Part shown: positions 29,543 through 38,927 of the stretch, piece after piece
How positions within the stretch are numbered: the first letter of the stretch is position 1
Layout: every line of letters starts with the position of its first letter
DNA from: Polaribacter sp.
Lineage (GTDB): Bacteria > Bacteroidota > Bacteroidia > Flavobacteriales > Flavobacteriaceae
Direction: 5' to 3'
Assembly (NCBI GenBank): GCA_965661915.1
Contig: CBFIFR010000001.1
Location: forward strand, 23,797-87,796
DNA length: 64,000 nucleotides
Notes under the pieces: model-generated
The model's input: the letters and a program-made list of their open reading frames with translations, nothing else
Database searches by the model: none
Told to the model about the DNA's origin: nothing
Translations under genes and position numbers: made by a program

Positions 29543-32500
29543 TTATTTCTCTAATCCTTTTTTTAAAACTTCTTGAATTCCCATTAAATTATCACTAAAC
29601 TGCATCATTTGCGCCAAGACTTGTGCCATTTCATTTGCGTCTCCAAATCCTTTTAATTTGTTGTTTTTTACAAAAGTTATTTTAATGTTTTCCCATCGTT
29701 GTTGTTCATCCGAAGAAAGTAAACCACCCAATTCTTTATATTTTAACAAATTAGATTCTGCTGCACTTGTTAAGGTTTGCGATTCGTTTTCGTAATGAGA
29801 AAGTAGCAAAATTTCCAATTCTTTATTGTTCATTATGGGTACAATTTTCGCCACTAATTTATTCATATCTCTATAAGAACCTTGTAATTTAAAAGCGGGT
29901 TCTGTTCTGTTTTGCTCATCCATAGCAGCCGATTTTATATACGCTGCATTTACTTCCATCACTCGATCTCTAACAATCATTACTTTTTCTAAAACTGACA
30001 AATAATCATTCAATTCTTGTTTGGTGTAATTCCCTTTGAGTTCAATTCCTTCTCTATTTCCAGTTTCCACGATTTTTATCAATTGATAAATATCATCAAA
30101 ATGTGTATTTGAAATCTGTGCTAAAATAGGATTTGAAGTCAATGAATTTTCTATCAAACTCATTTTAAATAAGGATGCTGTATCGCCAATAATATCACCT
30201 AAATTGTAAATATCTGCTCTGTTGGCAAGCATATCTGGAATTTGGAATTTATCGCCACTTTCTGTATATGGATTTCCAGCCATAATTACACAGAACTTTT
30301 TATCTCTAAAATCGTAGGTTTTGGGTTGTCCATTATAAACACCTTCAATTTTACGAGTTCCATCTGCTAGAGAAATGAATTTTTGCAAAAACTCTGGATT
30401 ACAATGCTGAATATCATCTAAATACAACATGACATTATTCCCCATTTCGAAAGCTAAATTGAGCTTCTTCAATTCTTCGCGAGCTGCAATATTATTAGCA
30501 GACATAGGATCTACAGAAGTAACTTCGTGACCAATTGCAGGCCCATTTATCTTCATAAAAATAAAACCTAATCTGTTTGCCAAATACTCCATTAAAGTGG
30601 TTTTACCATAACCTGGAGGTGAAATCAATAACAACATTCCCATTCTATCAGTACGTTTGTTGCTGCCAACACTTCCTAATTGTTTGGATAAATTATCGCC
30701 AAAAAGTGGCAAATACACTTGATCAATTAATTGATTTCTTACAAAAGATGTCAACACTCTTGGCATAAATTCTTCGAGTTTTAAAGCTTCTTTTAAATCT
30801 TCTGTAACTTGATGTTTTTCCTTTTTATATTGATTGAATCCTGAAACTTCAACTGTAGAAAAATGCTTCAATCGATTTACAAATTTGTGATAATCAAATT
30901 GAAATTTTTGATTGTTTATGGTTTGATGACTTCCTGATAAATCTTCGATAACTTCATCTGCGTCAATATTTACAATATTTCTTGCGGATTTGTCTTCATA
31001 TAAAAACAAACAAACTACTTCATAGATATAATTTTCATCATTTTTGTAATTCAATTTTATAAATGACGAAATCCATTCAGTTGCCAAATCAATTTTATAG
31101 GCTTCGTCTTTAATCAACTGAATTTCAGTTCTTAAATTTTGAATGTTCTTTTTATTTTGAACCGTTTTTGTAAATTCATCAAACAAAACAATGGCTCTTT
31201 GACTTACTGAAAATGATGTTTCGTTAATTAATTCCTCAAACAAATAACTTGCAATTTCAAATTGATTTGCTTCATCATATTCTTTAATATTTTCTAAGGT
31301 ATCTGCGAAAGTTATATGAATAGATTCCCCCAAGTCTTCTAACAGCTGAAAATGACTTTCACTTTCTGGAAAAACACTTAAAACGGCTGCTGATGCTTTT
31401 ATTTTATCGCTATAAAATGTTTTCTTTTCTTCGGATAAACAATGCCAAAATAATTGTGCAAATGCTCTGATTTTAGGTTGAAACTTCAATAACCCCAATG
31501 AATGTTCTTTTTCTAAGAATATTTTTAATATTTTAAAACCATCAACATCGTGAACACCTTTAATATAACCTTCTGTATAACTTTTAGAAGCTACACTTTT
31601 TACCAATGCTAATAATTCTTCATCATTAGAATTATAAAGCTCTTCTATAGAATTTTCTTGGGTGATTCTATATGCTAAATAAGAAGCTCTGTAAACATTT
31701 TCGTTTTCTGAAACAAAAGATTGATTCCAATATTTCTCAGATTTTAATAAGACTTCATTCTCAATTTCTTGATAAAAATCGGTTCCTGTTAAATGGTAAA
31801 AAAGCGTTTTATCTTTATAAACAATCGTTAAATCTAAAACCTGTTTGTTAACCCCGAATTTATGCTTCCCAAACTTGATTACATTCTCTCCATCTTCATA
31901 TAAATCTTGCTTATCTTTTAGCTTTCTTGTAGCATCTTCTTTGGCTGTTTTTAAGCCAGTTTCTATCATTTCTGCTTTTCCACCATCATCTAAATCGTAC
32001 AATTGTACAATGATGTCTCGCAGTTTGTTAATCATTAAATCGGATGCAAAATAGCCGTTGATTTCATTCTGGAATTTGAAACTTTCTGCTTTTTTAACAA
32101 CTCCGTTTAAAATTCGCTTTGCAGCAGTTTCTAAAGCAATTGCCTTCTTATTTCTAGCTTCAATAATGCTACTTTTCCTTGCTTGAAAAGCATTATACAC
32201 CTCTTCTCTTTTCTCTAGAATATCAGCAATAAATTCGTCATAATCTGCAAATCTACCTTCTAAATCTTCTAATTGAATCGCTACTTTATTGAGTAATTCA
32301 TCTGTTTTTTCTGGAGTGGTTGCAATGTCTAAATAATTGACAATACTTTGGTCTATCAGCTTAATTTTAGCAGCAAAATCTGCACTAGCTTCTTCAGAGC
32401 TTAAGGCCTTTATTTTGTTTTTTATTCCCGCTTTTAGTTGATTTATCGTTGAAAAAATCAACGAAATGGCATCAATAATTTTAGTAGAATGCGATGTATC

Positions 32501-34420
32501 TTCAATCTCTAAATTTGATACAATTTCTATCAATAACTCTAAATCTGTAACAATTTGATTGACTTCTTCCTCTAAAGCCTTTGCATTGATTACTTTTTCA
32601 ATATTTTCTAATTCAGTTTCCTTTTCTGCAACTCTTTTATGATAAGGTAATAATGCTTTTTCATCCAACAGAAAAGCTACACACCTTTGCGAAATAGTAT
32701 CAGATTGTTGAGCAAGTTCATCTTCTAATTTTTCTAAAAAAGCAACATCAACATAACGCACTTCTTTAAAACCGATAATTTCTCCTCTTAAAGTTCTTAC
32801 TTGTGATAAAGCCTGCACAAAATCGTCTATGATTTTAAAGGACGTACTTTTTATTTTACTAAAAAAACGATTGGTTTTTCCTGAGATTTCTTCGGTAATT
32901 TTAGTTGCATTTTTACGCAACTGTACTACTTTATCAAATTCGTCTATTGCCGAATTTGCAGCTGTATTTATCGCTTTTAGAGGAATTGATAATTCATAGG
33001 TTTTAGGTTCGTTAATCCAATAATAACTATCAATAATATCTAAAGAATTTTTCGCAATATCTTCATACAATCCATCGTAATTATCCTCTTTATTTAAGAG
33101 CGTAATTAACACTTGGCATTCAGCCATTGCTTTTACAATATCCTTATTCCCGACTTTATATAAAAAAGAATCTTTGTGCTCAGAAGGGATTTCTGCACCT
33201 TGAATAAATGGTGTTTGCCAAATCTGAATTACGTGATGCCTTGTTTGGTCTTCTCCTTCTTTAAAATAGCATAATTCGCCATTTTTTAAAAAGGTAAATC
33301 CGTTACAAATAATAGGTGTTTTTACTTCTTGCTCAATGACATTGTAAGACATCAACACATACAAACCTGTTTTCTCTTGATAAAAAACATAGAAAAAATC
33401 CTCTCCATTTTGCGAAGAAATTTTATCCTGAAATTTTAAATCTTCGAGTTGATTATCAAAAATTTTGAATGCACCAGATTGTAAATAATATCCGTTAGAA
33501 AAAATAATTCCTTGGTCATTAGGCAATAAAACTGCAGCATCTTTTATTGCGTCTATTTTCTTAACTTCCTGTATTTTATGATTATAGACAAAATAACGAG
33601 CGGGCTCTTGAAAGGGTTTAATTTCTAAAACGATGAGATTCCCTAAATCTGCAAATCTGTAATTTCCATCATCTAAAGTTTGGTCTGCGTGAATTACATT
33701 TTCACGGTAAATTCCTTTTCCATCTTCTGTATTATTCTCAATTTTGATGGTTAAATCGCCACCAACAGTTTCTACAAAAACTTTGTCTAAAATACTAATA
33801 TGAGGGTGTTTCCCATAAAAATGTGCATCTCTAGACACTTCTTGCCATTGATATTCGTGCTGATTTGGAAACTTGAATTCGTGTTCACTTCTATTATCAA
33901 CATAGGTTAAATTGCTATCTGCAATTAACCATTTAAAGGTTTTAATGTCGCTAACGCTTTCACTCAACTGAAAAACCATATGCAAATAATTGCCAATTAT
34001 GGCGAATTTGCTAAAAATGGTATTTCTATAATATTTGTAAAGATTGTTAAAATCTGTTATAAAGGTTTCGTCTTGTAAAAGGTCTAATTTTTTGTTGACG
34101 AACTGTGAACCATCATAAGAATAAATGCTAAAAACATCGTTTAATTTTACCTCCGTTCTTAAGCCAAAATGTACATTATACCCAAATATACTTAAATCGC
34201 CAATTGTGATGATATCTCTTGCAATACAGTTATTTTCTGTATTGATTCTGTTATTGGCAATGAGTTTGGTTTCTACACTACCAAAGACTTTAGCTCGTTC
34301 TTGATTTAGCTGACCAAGCCTGTTTTGAAGCGCATTTTTTTGCTTTTGAAGACGACTTTGAATGATTTCATAAGTACCTTCTTCTAGAATGTTATTTTGA
34401 TTTTTTTCTTCTTTTTGCAT
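29543..34420 (-). CDS. Giant (1625 aa) AAA+-type ATPase with beta-rich N-terminus and coiled coil (DUF3686/'DNA repair ATPase'-like)
   Basis: Walker A SPPGYGKTT, Walker B LYLDDIQ, sensor-1 AGNP and LANR; long heptad region in the middle. Confidence 0.8.
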   Translation of the reverse strand: MQKEEKNQNNILEEGTYEIIQSRLQKQKNALQNRLGQLNQERAKVFGSVETKLIANNRINTENNCIARDIITIGDLSIFGYNVHFGLRTEVKLNDVFSIYSYDGSQFVNKKLDLLQDETFITDFNNLYKYYRNTIFSKFAIIGNYLHMVFQLSESVSDIKTFKWLIADSNLTYVDNRSEHEFKFPNQHEYQWQEVSRDAHFYGKHPHISILDKVFVETVGGDLTIKIENNTEDGKGIYRENVIHADQTLDDGNYRFADLGNLIVLEIKPFQEPARYFVYNHKIQEVKKIDAIKDAAVLLPNDQGIIFSNGYYLQSGAFKIFDNQLEDLKFQDKISSQNGEDFFYVFYQEKTGLYVLMSYNVIEQEVKTPIICNGFTFLKNGELCYFKEGEDQTRHHVIQIWQTPFIQGAEIPSEHKDSFLYKVGNKDIVKAMAECQVLITLLNKEDNYDGLYEDIAKNSLDIIDSYYWINEPKTYELSIPLKAINTAANSAIDEFDKVVQLRKNATKITEEISGKTNRFFSKIKSTSFKIIDDFVQALSQVRTLRGEIIGFKEVRYVDVAFLEKLEDELAQQSDTISQRCVAFLLDEKALLPYHKRVAEKETELENIEKVINAKALEEEVNQIVTDLELLIEIVSNLEIEDTSHSTKIIDAISLIFSTINQLKAGIKNKIKALSSEEASADFAAKIKLIDQSIVNYLDIATTPEKTDELLNKVAIQLEDLEGRFADYDEFIADILEKREEVYNAFQARKSSIIEARNKKAIALETAAKRILNGVVKKAESFKFQNEINGYFASDLMINKLRDIIVQLYDLDDGGKAEMIETGLKTAKEDATRKLKDKQDLYEDGENVIKFGKHKFGVNKQVLDLTIVYKDKTLFYHLTGTDFYQEIENEVLLKSEKYWNQSFVSENENVYRASYLAYRITQENSIEELYNSNDEELLALVKSVASKSYTEGYIKGVHDVDGFKILKIFLEKEHSLGLLKFQPKIRAFAQLFWHCLSEEKKTFYSDKIKASAAVLSVFPESESHFQLLEDLGESIHITFADTLENIKEYDEANQFEIASYLFEELINETSFSVSQRAIVLFDEFTKTVQNKKNIQNLRTEIQLIKDEAYKIDLATEWISSFIKLNYKNDENYIYEVVCLFLYEDKSARNIVNIDADEVIEDLSGSHQTINNQKFQFDYHKFVNRLKHFSTVEVSGFNQYKKEKHQVTEDLKEALKLEEFMPRVLTSFVRNQLIDQVYLPLFGDNLSKQLGSVGSNKRTDRMGMLLLISPPGYGKTTLMEYLANRLGFIFMKINGPAIGHEVTSVDPMSANNIAAREELKKLNLAFEMGNNVMLYLDDIQHCNPEFLQKFISLADGTRKIEGVYNGQPKTYDFRDKKFCVIMAGNPYTESGDKFQIPDMLANRADIYNLGDIIGDTASLFKMSLIENSLTSNPILAQISNTHFDDIYQLIKIVETGNREGIELKGNYTKQELNDYLSVLEKVMIVRDRVMEVNAAYIKSAAMDEQNRTEPAFKLQGSYRDMNKLVAKIVPIMNNKELEILLLSHYENESQTLTSAAESNLLKYKELGGLLSSDEQQRWENIKITFVKNNKLKGFGDANEMAQVLAQMMQFSDNLMGIQEVLKKGLEK

Positions 34421-34450
34421 TTGGGATTTTGAAAGATTATTCCTTTTCCA

Positions 34451-34541
34451 TCCTGCAAGGTTTCAAAAACCTTGTAGGTTTAATCTGAAGTTTATTTAAA
34501 GATTTTCAATACCTACAAGGTCAGAAAAAGACCTTGCAGGA
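34451..34541. repeat. REP doublet (two inverted CCTGCAAGG...CCTTGTAGG palindromes)
   Basis: 34451-34478 and 34511-34541; same family as 58178-58257. Confidence 0.8.
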
Positions 34542-34559
34542 TATGCAGTAAGATTAGAA

Positions 34560-36629
34560 TTATCCTAACTTCTTATCATCTAAACCTAAACCTTTTGCCA
34601 AGTTTAATAAGTTAGAAAACAGATTGCTTTCATCATTATCCGCAGTTTTCGATTTTAAATCCATTAAAATATTGGCTACAGAGAGATTCTTTAAGTCTTC
34701 TGAAGAAACGTTATATTTTGTTGCAAAATCTCTAACTTTTTCTAGTAGATTTCCTTTAACATCATTGCTACCTAAAATAGCGTCTTTTACCTCTTGAATG
34801 TTATCAGAATGATTTACCAATCGATCAAAACCTTTGGACTTCGTAATTTGTCCTACAATCTGATCGAAGAACATGGTTTCTCCACCCACAATATCAATAT
34901 TCGCAGCTTTTAAAGCTTCACCTATAACACTTGCTTGTGCATCTGCAATTTCTTTTTGAATATGAATCTCTGCTAAATCAACTTTTAATTCTTTATCTAA
35001 TCGCAATTTGAATTCTTCGTGCTCTTTACCTACACCATCCAGTTTTTTCATTGCGTTTGCTTTTTCTTCAATTCCTGCTGCATCTGCTAGCGCTTTTTCT
35101 TTAATTACAGCAGCTTCAGCCATTCCTTCTTTCTGAACAGCTTCTGCTTTGGCTTCAATTCCTGTTGCTTCTGCTTTAGCTTTTTTCTCAATAATTAAAG
35201 CCTCCACTAAACCTTCACGTTCGTGAGCATCAGCTTTTGCGTGCATTACTTGCGCTTCAGACATACCAATTACAGCTTCTTCTTTAGCTGTTGCTTCTGC
35301 AATAATTTTACGTGCTTCAGCTTCTTTTTCGCTCGCTTGTTTCTTCGCTAAAGCTTCGATATTAATTTCTTCCGCTTGCTGAACTGCTGCTTGTTTCTGT
35401 GCTTCTGCAGCTTTTGTTGTTCTGATTAATTCTTGCTCTGCAGTTGCTTCTGCATTGGTTATTTTTACTTGCTTATCTCTATCTGCAGTTTTAAAAGCCT
35501 GAATATCTTTCATATTCTCTTGCTCTTGCACTACGCCTTTTTCTAGAACAACGCGATCACGAATTACATCTTGAATGTTCTTCTTTTCAACCTCAACAAC
35601 TTTCTCTTTTTCAATTTGTGCTAAAGTTACAATTCGCTCTCTTTCAGTAGCCTCTAACATTCTGTCTTTCTCAACTCTTTCAGTTTCTACAGCATCAGTT
35701 CTCTGCTTATTTTTAGCAGCCACAATTACTTGACGTTGCATATTTTCTTCGGCAACTTGTAATTTTTCTTCTGTTGATATTCTTGCAGTTTCAGATTTTA
35801 AACGTTCTTCTTCAGATACTTTTAAAACATTTGCGTCTTCGCGAGATTTTATGTTAGCTATTTCTCTTTTTTGTTGTTCTTCTTTTTCCGATAATTGCTT
35901 GTCTAATTCCAGAATCGCTTCACGAGCTTCCACATCTTGTTTACGGATGGTTTTCTGTTCATCACGCATAATTAAATTCGACTTTACATTTTGAGCCGCA
36001 GTTAATTCTGTAATTTTCTTAATCCCTTCAGAATCTAAAATATTATCTGTTTTTAAGAACGAAACTGGTGTTTGTTCTAAATAATCGATAGCACAATCCT
36101 CTAAAGTATAGCCATTTAAATCTGTACCTATAATATCAACAATTTCATCTCTAAATTCTCTTCTAGCTTCATATAGTTCGATAAATTCGAACTTTTTACC
36201 AACCGTTTTTAAGGCTTCCGAAAATTTTGCTTCAAATAAATCTTCTAAGGTTTTAATATCTGATGCTCTTTCACAACCAATAGTTTGTGCTACTTTTTTA
36301 ATAAATTCAATTTCGTTATTTACTCGCACAAAAAAGGCAACTTTAATATCTGCGCGCATATTGTCTTTACAAATCAACCCTTCATTCCCCAATCTTTCAA
36401 TCTGGATTTTCTTTACAGAAATATCCATAATTTCTACTCGATGAAAAACAGGCACTACATACAAACCTTTGTCTGTAGCTACTTTTGTTCCTCCAAATCC
36501 TGTTCTTACTAAAGCGTCTCCCTGTGGAATTTTCTTGTAGAACATTGCAATAATTGCGAAATAAACAATAACAAGGAATAGAATTAATCCTAAACTGATT
36601 CCTATAATTCCTAATAATCCTTCTGGCAT
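34560..36629 (-). CDS. Flotillin/SPFH family protein (YqiK-like)
   Basis: N-terminal TM, ALVRTG.GG, GLICKDNMRADIKVAFFVRVN, and a long Ala/Glu-rich coiled coil (AEA repeats). Confidence 0.9.
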   Translation of the reverse strand: MPEGLLGIIGISLGLILFLVIVYFAIIAMFYKKIPQGDALVRTGFGGTKVATDKGLYVVPVFHRVEIMDISVKKIQIERLGNEGLICKDNMRADIKVAFFVRVNNEIEFIKKVAQTIGCERASDIKTLEDLFEAKFSEALKTVGKKFEFIELYEARREFRDEIVDIIGTDLNGYTLEDCAIDYLEQTPVSFLKTDNILDSEGIKKITELTAAQNVKSNLIMRDEQKTIRKQDVEAREAILELDKQLSEKEEQQKREIANIKSREDANVLKVSEEERLKSETARISTEEKLQVAEENMQRQVIVAAKNKQRTDAVETERVEKDRMLEATERERIVTLAQIEKEKVVEVEKKNIQDVIRDRVVLEKGVVQEQENMKDIQAFKTADRDKQVKITNAEATAEQELIRTTKAAEAQKQAAVQQAEEINIEALAKKQASEKEAEARKIIAEATAKEEAVIGMSEAQVMHAKADAHEREGLVEALIIEKKAKAEATGIEAKAEAVQKEGMAEAAVIKEKALADAAGIEEKANAMKKLDGVGKEHEEFKLRLDKELKVDLAEIHIQKEIADAQASVIGEALKAANIDIVGGETMFFDQIVGQITKSKGFDRLVNHSDNIQEVKDAILGSNDVKGNLLEKVRDFATKYNVSSEDLKNLSVANILMDLKSKTADNDESNLFSNLLNLAKGLGLDDKKLG

Positions 36630-36643
36630 AATTTTTTTTGTTT

Positions 36644-37369
36644 TTAGTTAGTTTTATATGATTGTACGTAATAATAATTCTTGTCTTTACTTTGTTTGAT
36701 GATGATAATTGGCTCTTTATAATCAATCAAAACTCCACTTAAAGATTTGATGTAAATGGACAATGGTGTATTGTCTACAACCACTTCTGCAGACCCCATT
36801 TTATTGTCTTTAATTTTTGATAAACTCACACCTCTTCTGCCAATAATTTCAGTTGGTTTATCTCCATCCTTATTTAAATTCTTAAAAAAACTTTTAAAAG
36901 GTGTTGTGAAAATTTTGGTTAAAATTAATGCTGGAAAAAAGCCTGTTAACATAATAATATACCCTAAGGTATTTGTATAGCTTGCTGTTATGGTTGTGGC
37001 TATTGTTGTAATCATCCACCAGATAAAAATCCAACAAGTAAAGGTGAACATAAATGGCAAACCTATAAAATTGAAAAACATCAATAAATGTTGCCACCAT
37101 TTTAACTGCTTTTTTCTCCTTTTTACAACAACCTCTTTATTGAGTTCTGTACTAGACATATCTTGAAAATCAACATTTCCACCATCAATACTTGTATCAA
37201 TGTCAGCATCTATATCTGCATCAATGTCAATATCTACGTCTACATCAACATCGAGATCAAAATCGACTCCTGAAACCATAGTTAAAATCCAATACAAAAC
37301 TAAAACCATCATTAAAATAGTTAAAGTGATGTTGACTGGAGAGAATAAAATATCTATTAGATGATTCAA
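36644..37369 (-). CDS. YqiJ/NfeD-like membrane protein with C-terminal OB fold
   Basis: Multiple TM segments, acidic (D-x)n spacer DFDLDVDVDVDIDIDADID, IIGRRG...GSAEV OB-like end; precedes the flotillin gene. Confidence 0.8.
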   Translation of the reverse strand: MNHLIDILFSPVNITLTILMMVLVLYWILTMVSGVDFDLDVDVDVDIDIDADIDADIDTSIDGGNVDFQDMSSTELNKEVVVKRRKKQLKWWQHLLMFFNFIGLPFMFTFTCWIFIWWMITTIATTITASYTNTLGYIIMLTGFFPALILTKIFTTPFKSFFKNLNKDGDKPTEIIGRRGVSLSKIKDNKMGSAEVVVDNTPLSIYIKSLSGVLIDYKEPIIIIKQSKDKNYYYVQSYKTN

Positions 37370-37536
37370 TAGTATTGATTTAGTTGGTTAACAAATGTTA
37401 GGTATTTATTTTAATGTTCATTTTTTGTGATAGAAAATCATCTATAAAATAAAAAACGATAAGTAAAGGTATTTCATCATAGCAATAATTTTTAAAAGTG
37501 GCTAAATATAGTAATTTTTTGACGTATTTACAGTAC

Positions 37537-38742
37537 TTATTTGGTCAATAAAATAGAAACAGCATTACCTCCAAAACCTACAGCATTTACCAATACTTTT
37601 TTTACTTTCTTTGGATGATTTTGCGCTTCTGCAAAAGGCACCTCAATTACTTTTTGATGTTGCAAGATTAACAATGCTAATTCTAGACTTAACAATCCTG
37701 ATGCTCCAAAAGTATGACCGAGTTTCCACTTATTAGTAGTTAGAAAAGGAGTTTTGTTACAAAATATTTTTGAAATTGCATTTATTTCTGATTGATCTCC
37801 TTTAATGGTTCCTGGAGCGTGCATTACAATTACGTCGATTTCATCAGGAGCAATTTCTCCTAAAGCCATTTTCATCGATTTCTGAAAACATTCTGCATTT
37901 GTAGAAATTGAGGTATTGTGTTTTAAAACTTCTGTAGCATAGCCCACACCTGAAATTGTGGCTAAAGCATTTTTTACGATTCCTTTTTCTAAACAAATGG
38001 CTGCTGCTCCTTCTCCCAAAACCATGGTGTTTTTTTTCTTTTGTAAATCGAAAGATTTGCAGGGGTAAAATTCTTTAGTTTGCTGAGATTCTGCAACAAG
38101 TTTAGAATGACGCTTTGCGTACACTTTTAAAGCTTGCATTTGTGCAATTGTAAATTCGGTTAAAGGAGCTTCGCTTCCGCCCACTAAAAATTGATTAGAC
38201 ATCCCAGAGTTGATCCAAGCTACTCCATTTAACAAAGAATGTAAGGCTGTAGAACAGGTAATGGAATGTGATATTTCTGGACCTGAAGTTTGTAAATCGT
38301 GAGCAACCCAAGAAGAAATATTCCCTAAAGTTGTGGTTGGCGAACTTAAGGTTGAAGATTTTTGAGTTTCTAAAAACTCTTGATGATATTTTTCAAATAA
38401 AGTTGTTGCTCCTCTTGAGGAACCGAAATTAACTCCGAAATTAGTTTCTGAATTCCAATTAGCAGATTTTACAGCTTCTCTAGAAACATAGATTGCAAAC
38501 AAAACAGTATCATCTAAATTTCTATATTTTGGATCGGATTTTCGTAATTCGTTTACTTTGTATTTACTTTCTTTAAAAAGATGCCCTACAAAAACTTTAG
38601 ACTTGTCATTTCTGTCTTGTTGAGAAATCTTTTTTTCTGACAAAAAATGGTTATCTAACAAATAGTTTTCCCAAATTTCTTTTGGGTTACTACCTAATGC
38701 AGAAATGGACGCTATTGCTGTTATGGAAATCGGTTGATTCAT
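37537..38742 (-). CDS. Beta-ketoacyl synthase (FabF/FabB-like) within the biotin cluster
   Basis: Cys-His-His triad: ITCSTALH, HAPGT, KLGHTFGA; also LGEGA and GFGGN. Confidence 0.88.
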   Translation of the reverse strand: MNQPISITAIASISALGSNPKEIWENYLLDNHFLSEKKISQQDRNDKSKVFVGHLFKESKYKVNELRKSDPKYRNLDDTVLFAIYVSREAVKSANWNSETNFGVNFGSSRGATTLFEKYHQEFLETQKSSTLSSPTTTLGNISSWVAHDLQTSGPEISHSITCSTALHSLLNGVAWINSGMSNQFLVGGSEAPLTEFTIAQMQALKVYAKRHSKLVAESQQTKEFYPCKSFDLQKKKNTMVLGEGAAAICLEKGIVKNALATISGVGYATEVLKHNTSISTNAECFQKSMKMALGEIAPDEIDVIVMHAPGTIKGDQSEINAISKIFCNKTPFLTTNKWKLGHTFGASGLLSLELALLILQHQKVIEVPFAEAQNHPKKVKKVLVNAVGFGGNAVSILLTK

Positions 38743-38774
38743 AGAGTTTGTAAAAATAGGGATTCTTCTTCTAA

Positions 38775-38807
38775 AGACCTCACAGGTTTTAAAAACCTGT
38801 GAGGTCT
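38775..38807. repeat. 33-bp REP palindrome
   Basis: AGACCTCACAGGTTTTAAAAACCTGTGAGGTCT, identical to 57135-57167. Confidence 0.85.
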
Positions 38808-38815
38808 ACTTTTTT

Positions 38816-38927
38816 GCGTTAAGGATTGAAGCATTGTTGGAGCTCATTTTTGTTTTTTCTACAAAAATAGCGACTGCTGAAAGCCTGCAGTGGTTTGTTG
38901 CATTTATGCAAACCACTGAACGCCCTA
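38816..38927. repeat. Structured repeat related to 23779-23866 with an extra hairpin
   Basis: GATTGAA...GAGCTC.TTTTTG....CAAAAA.AGCGA.T..TGAAAGC core followed by CAGTGGTTTG...CAAACCACTG. Confidence 0.55.

Noticed and set aside
34451-34541. Palindromic ~28-bp repeats with a spacer, superficially CRISPR-like
   Set aside because: Only two units, in inverted orientation, no cas genes; same family is dispersed elsewhere, so classed as REP.
37190-37270. Repetitive (GAT/GAC-NNN) DNA in the yqiJ-like gene
   Set aside because: Explained by the acidic D-x low-complexity linker of the protein.
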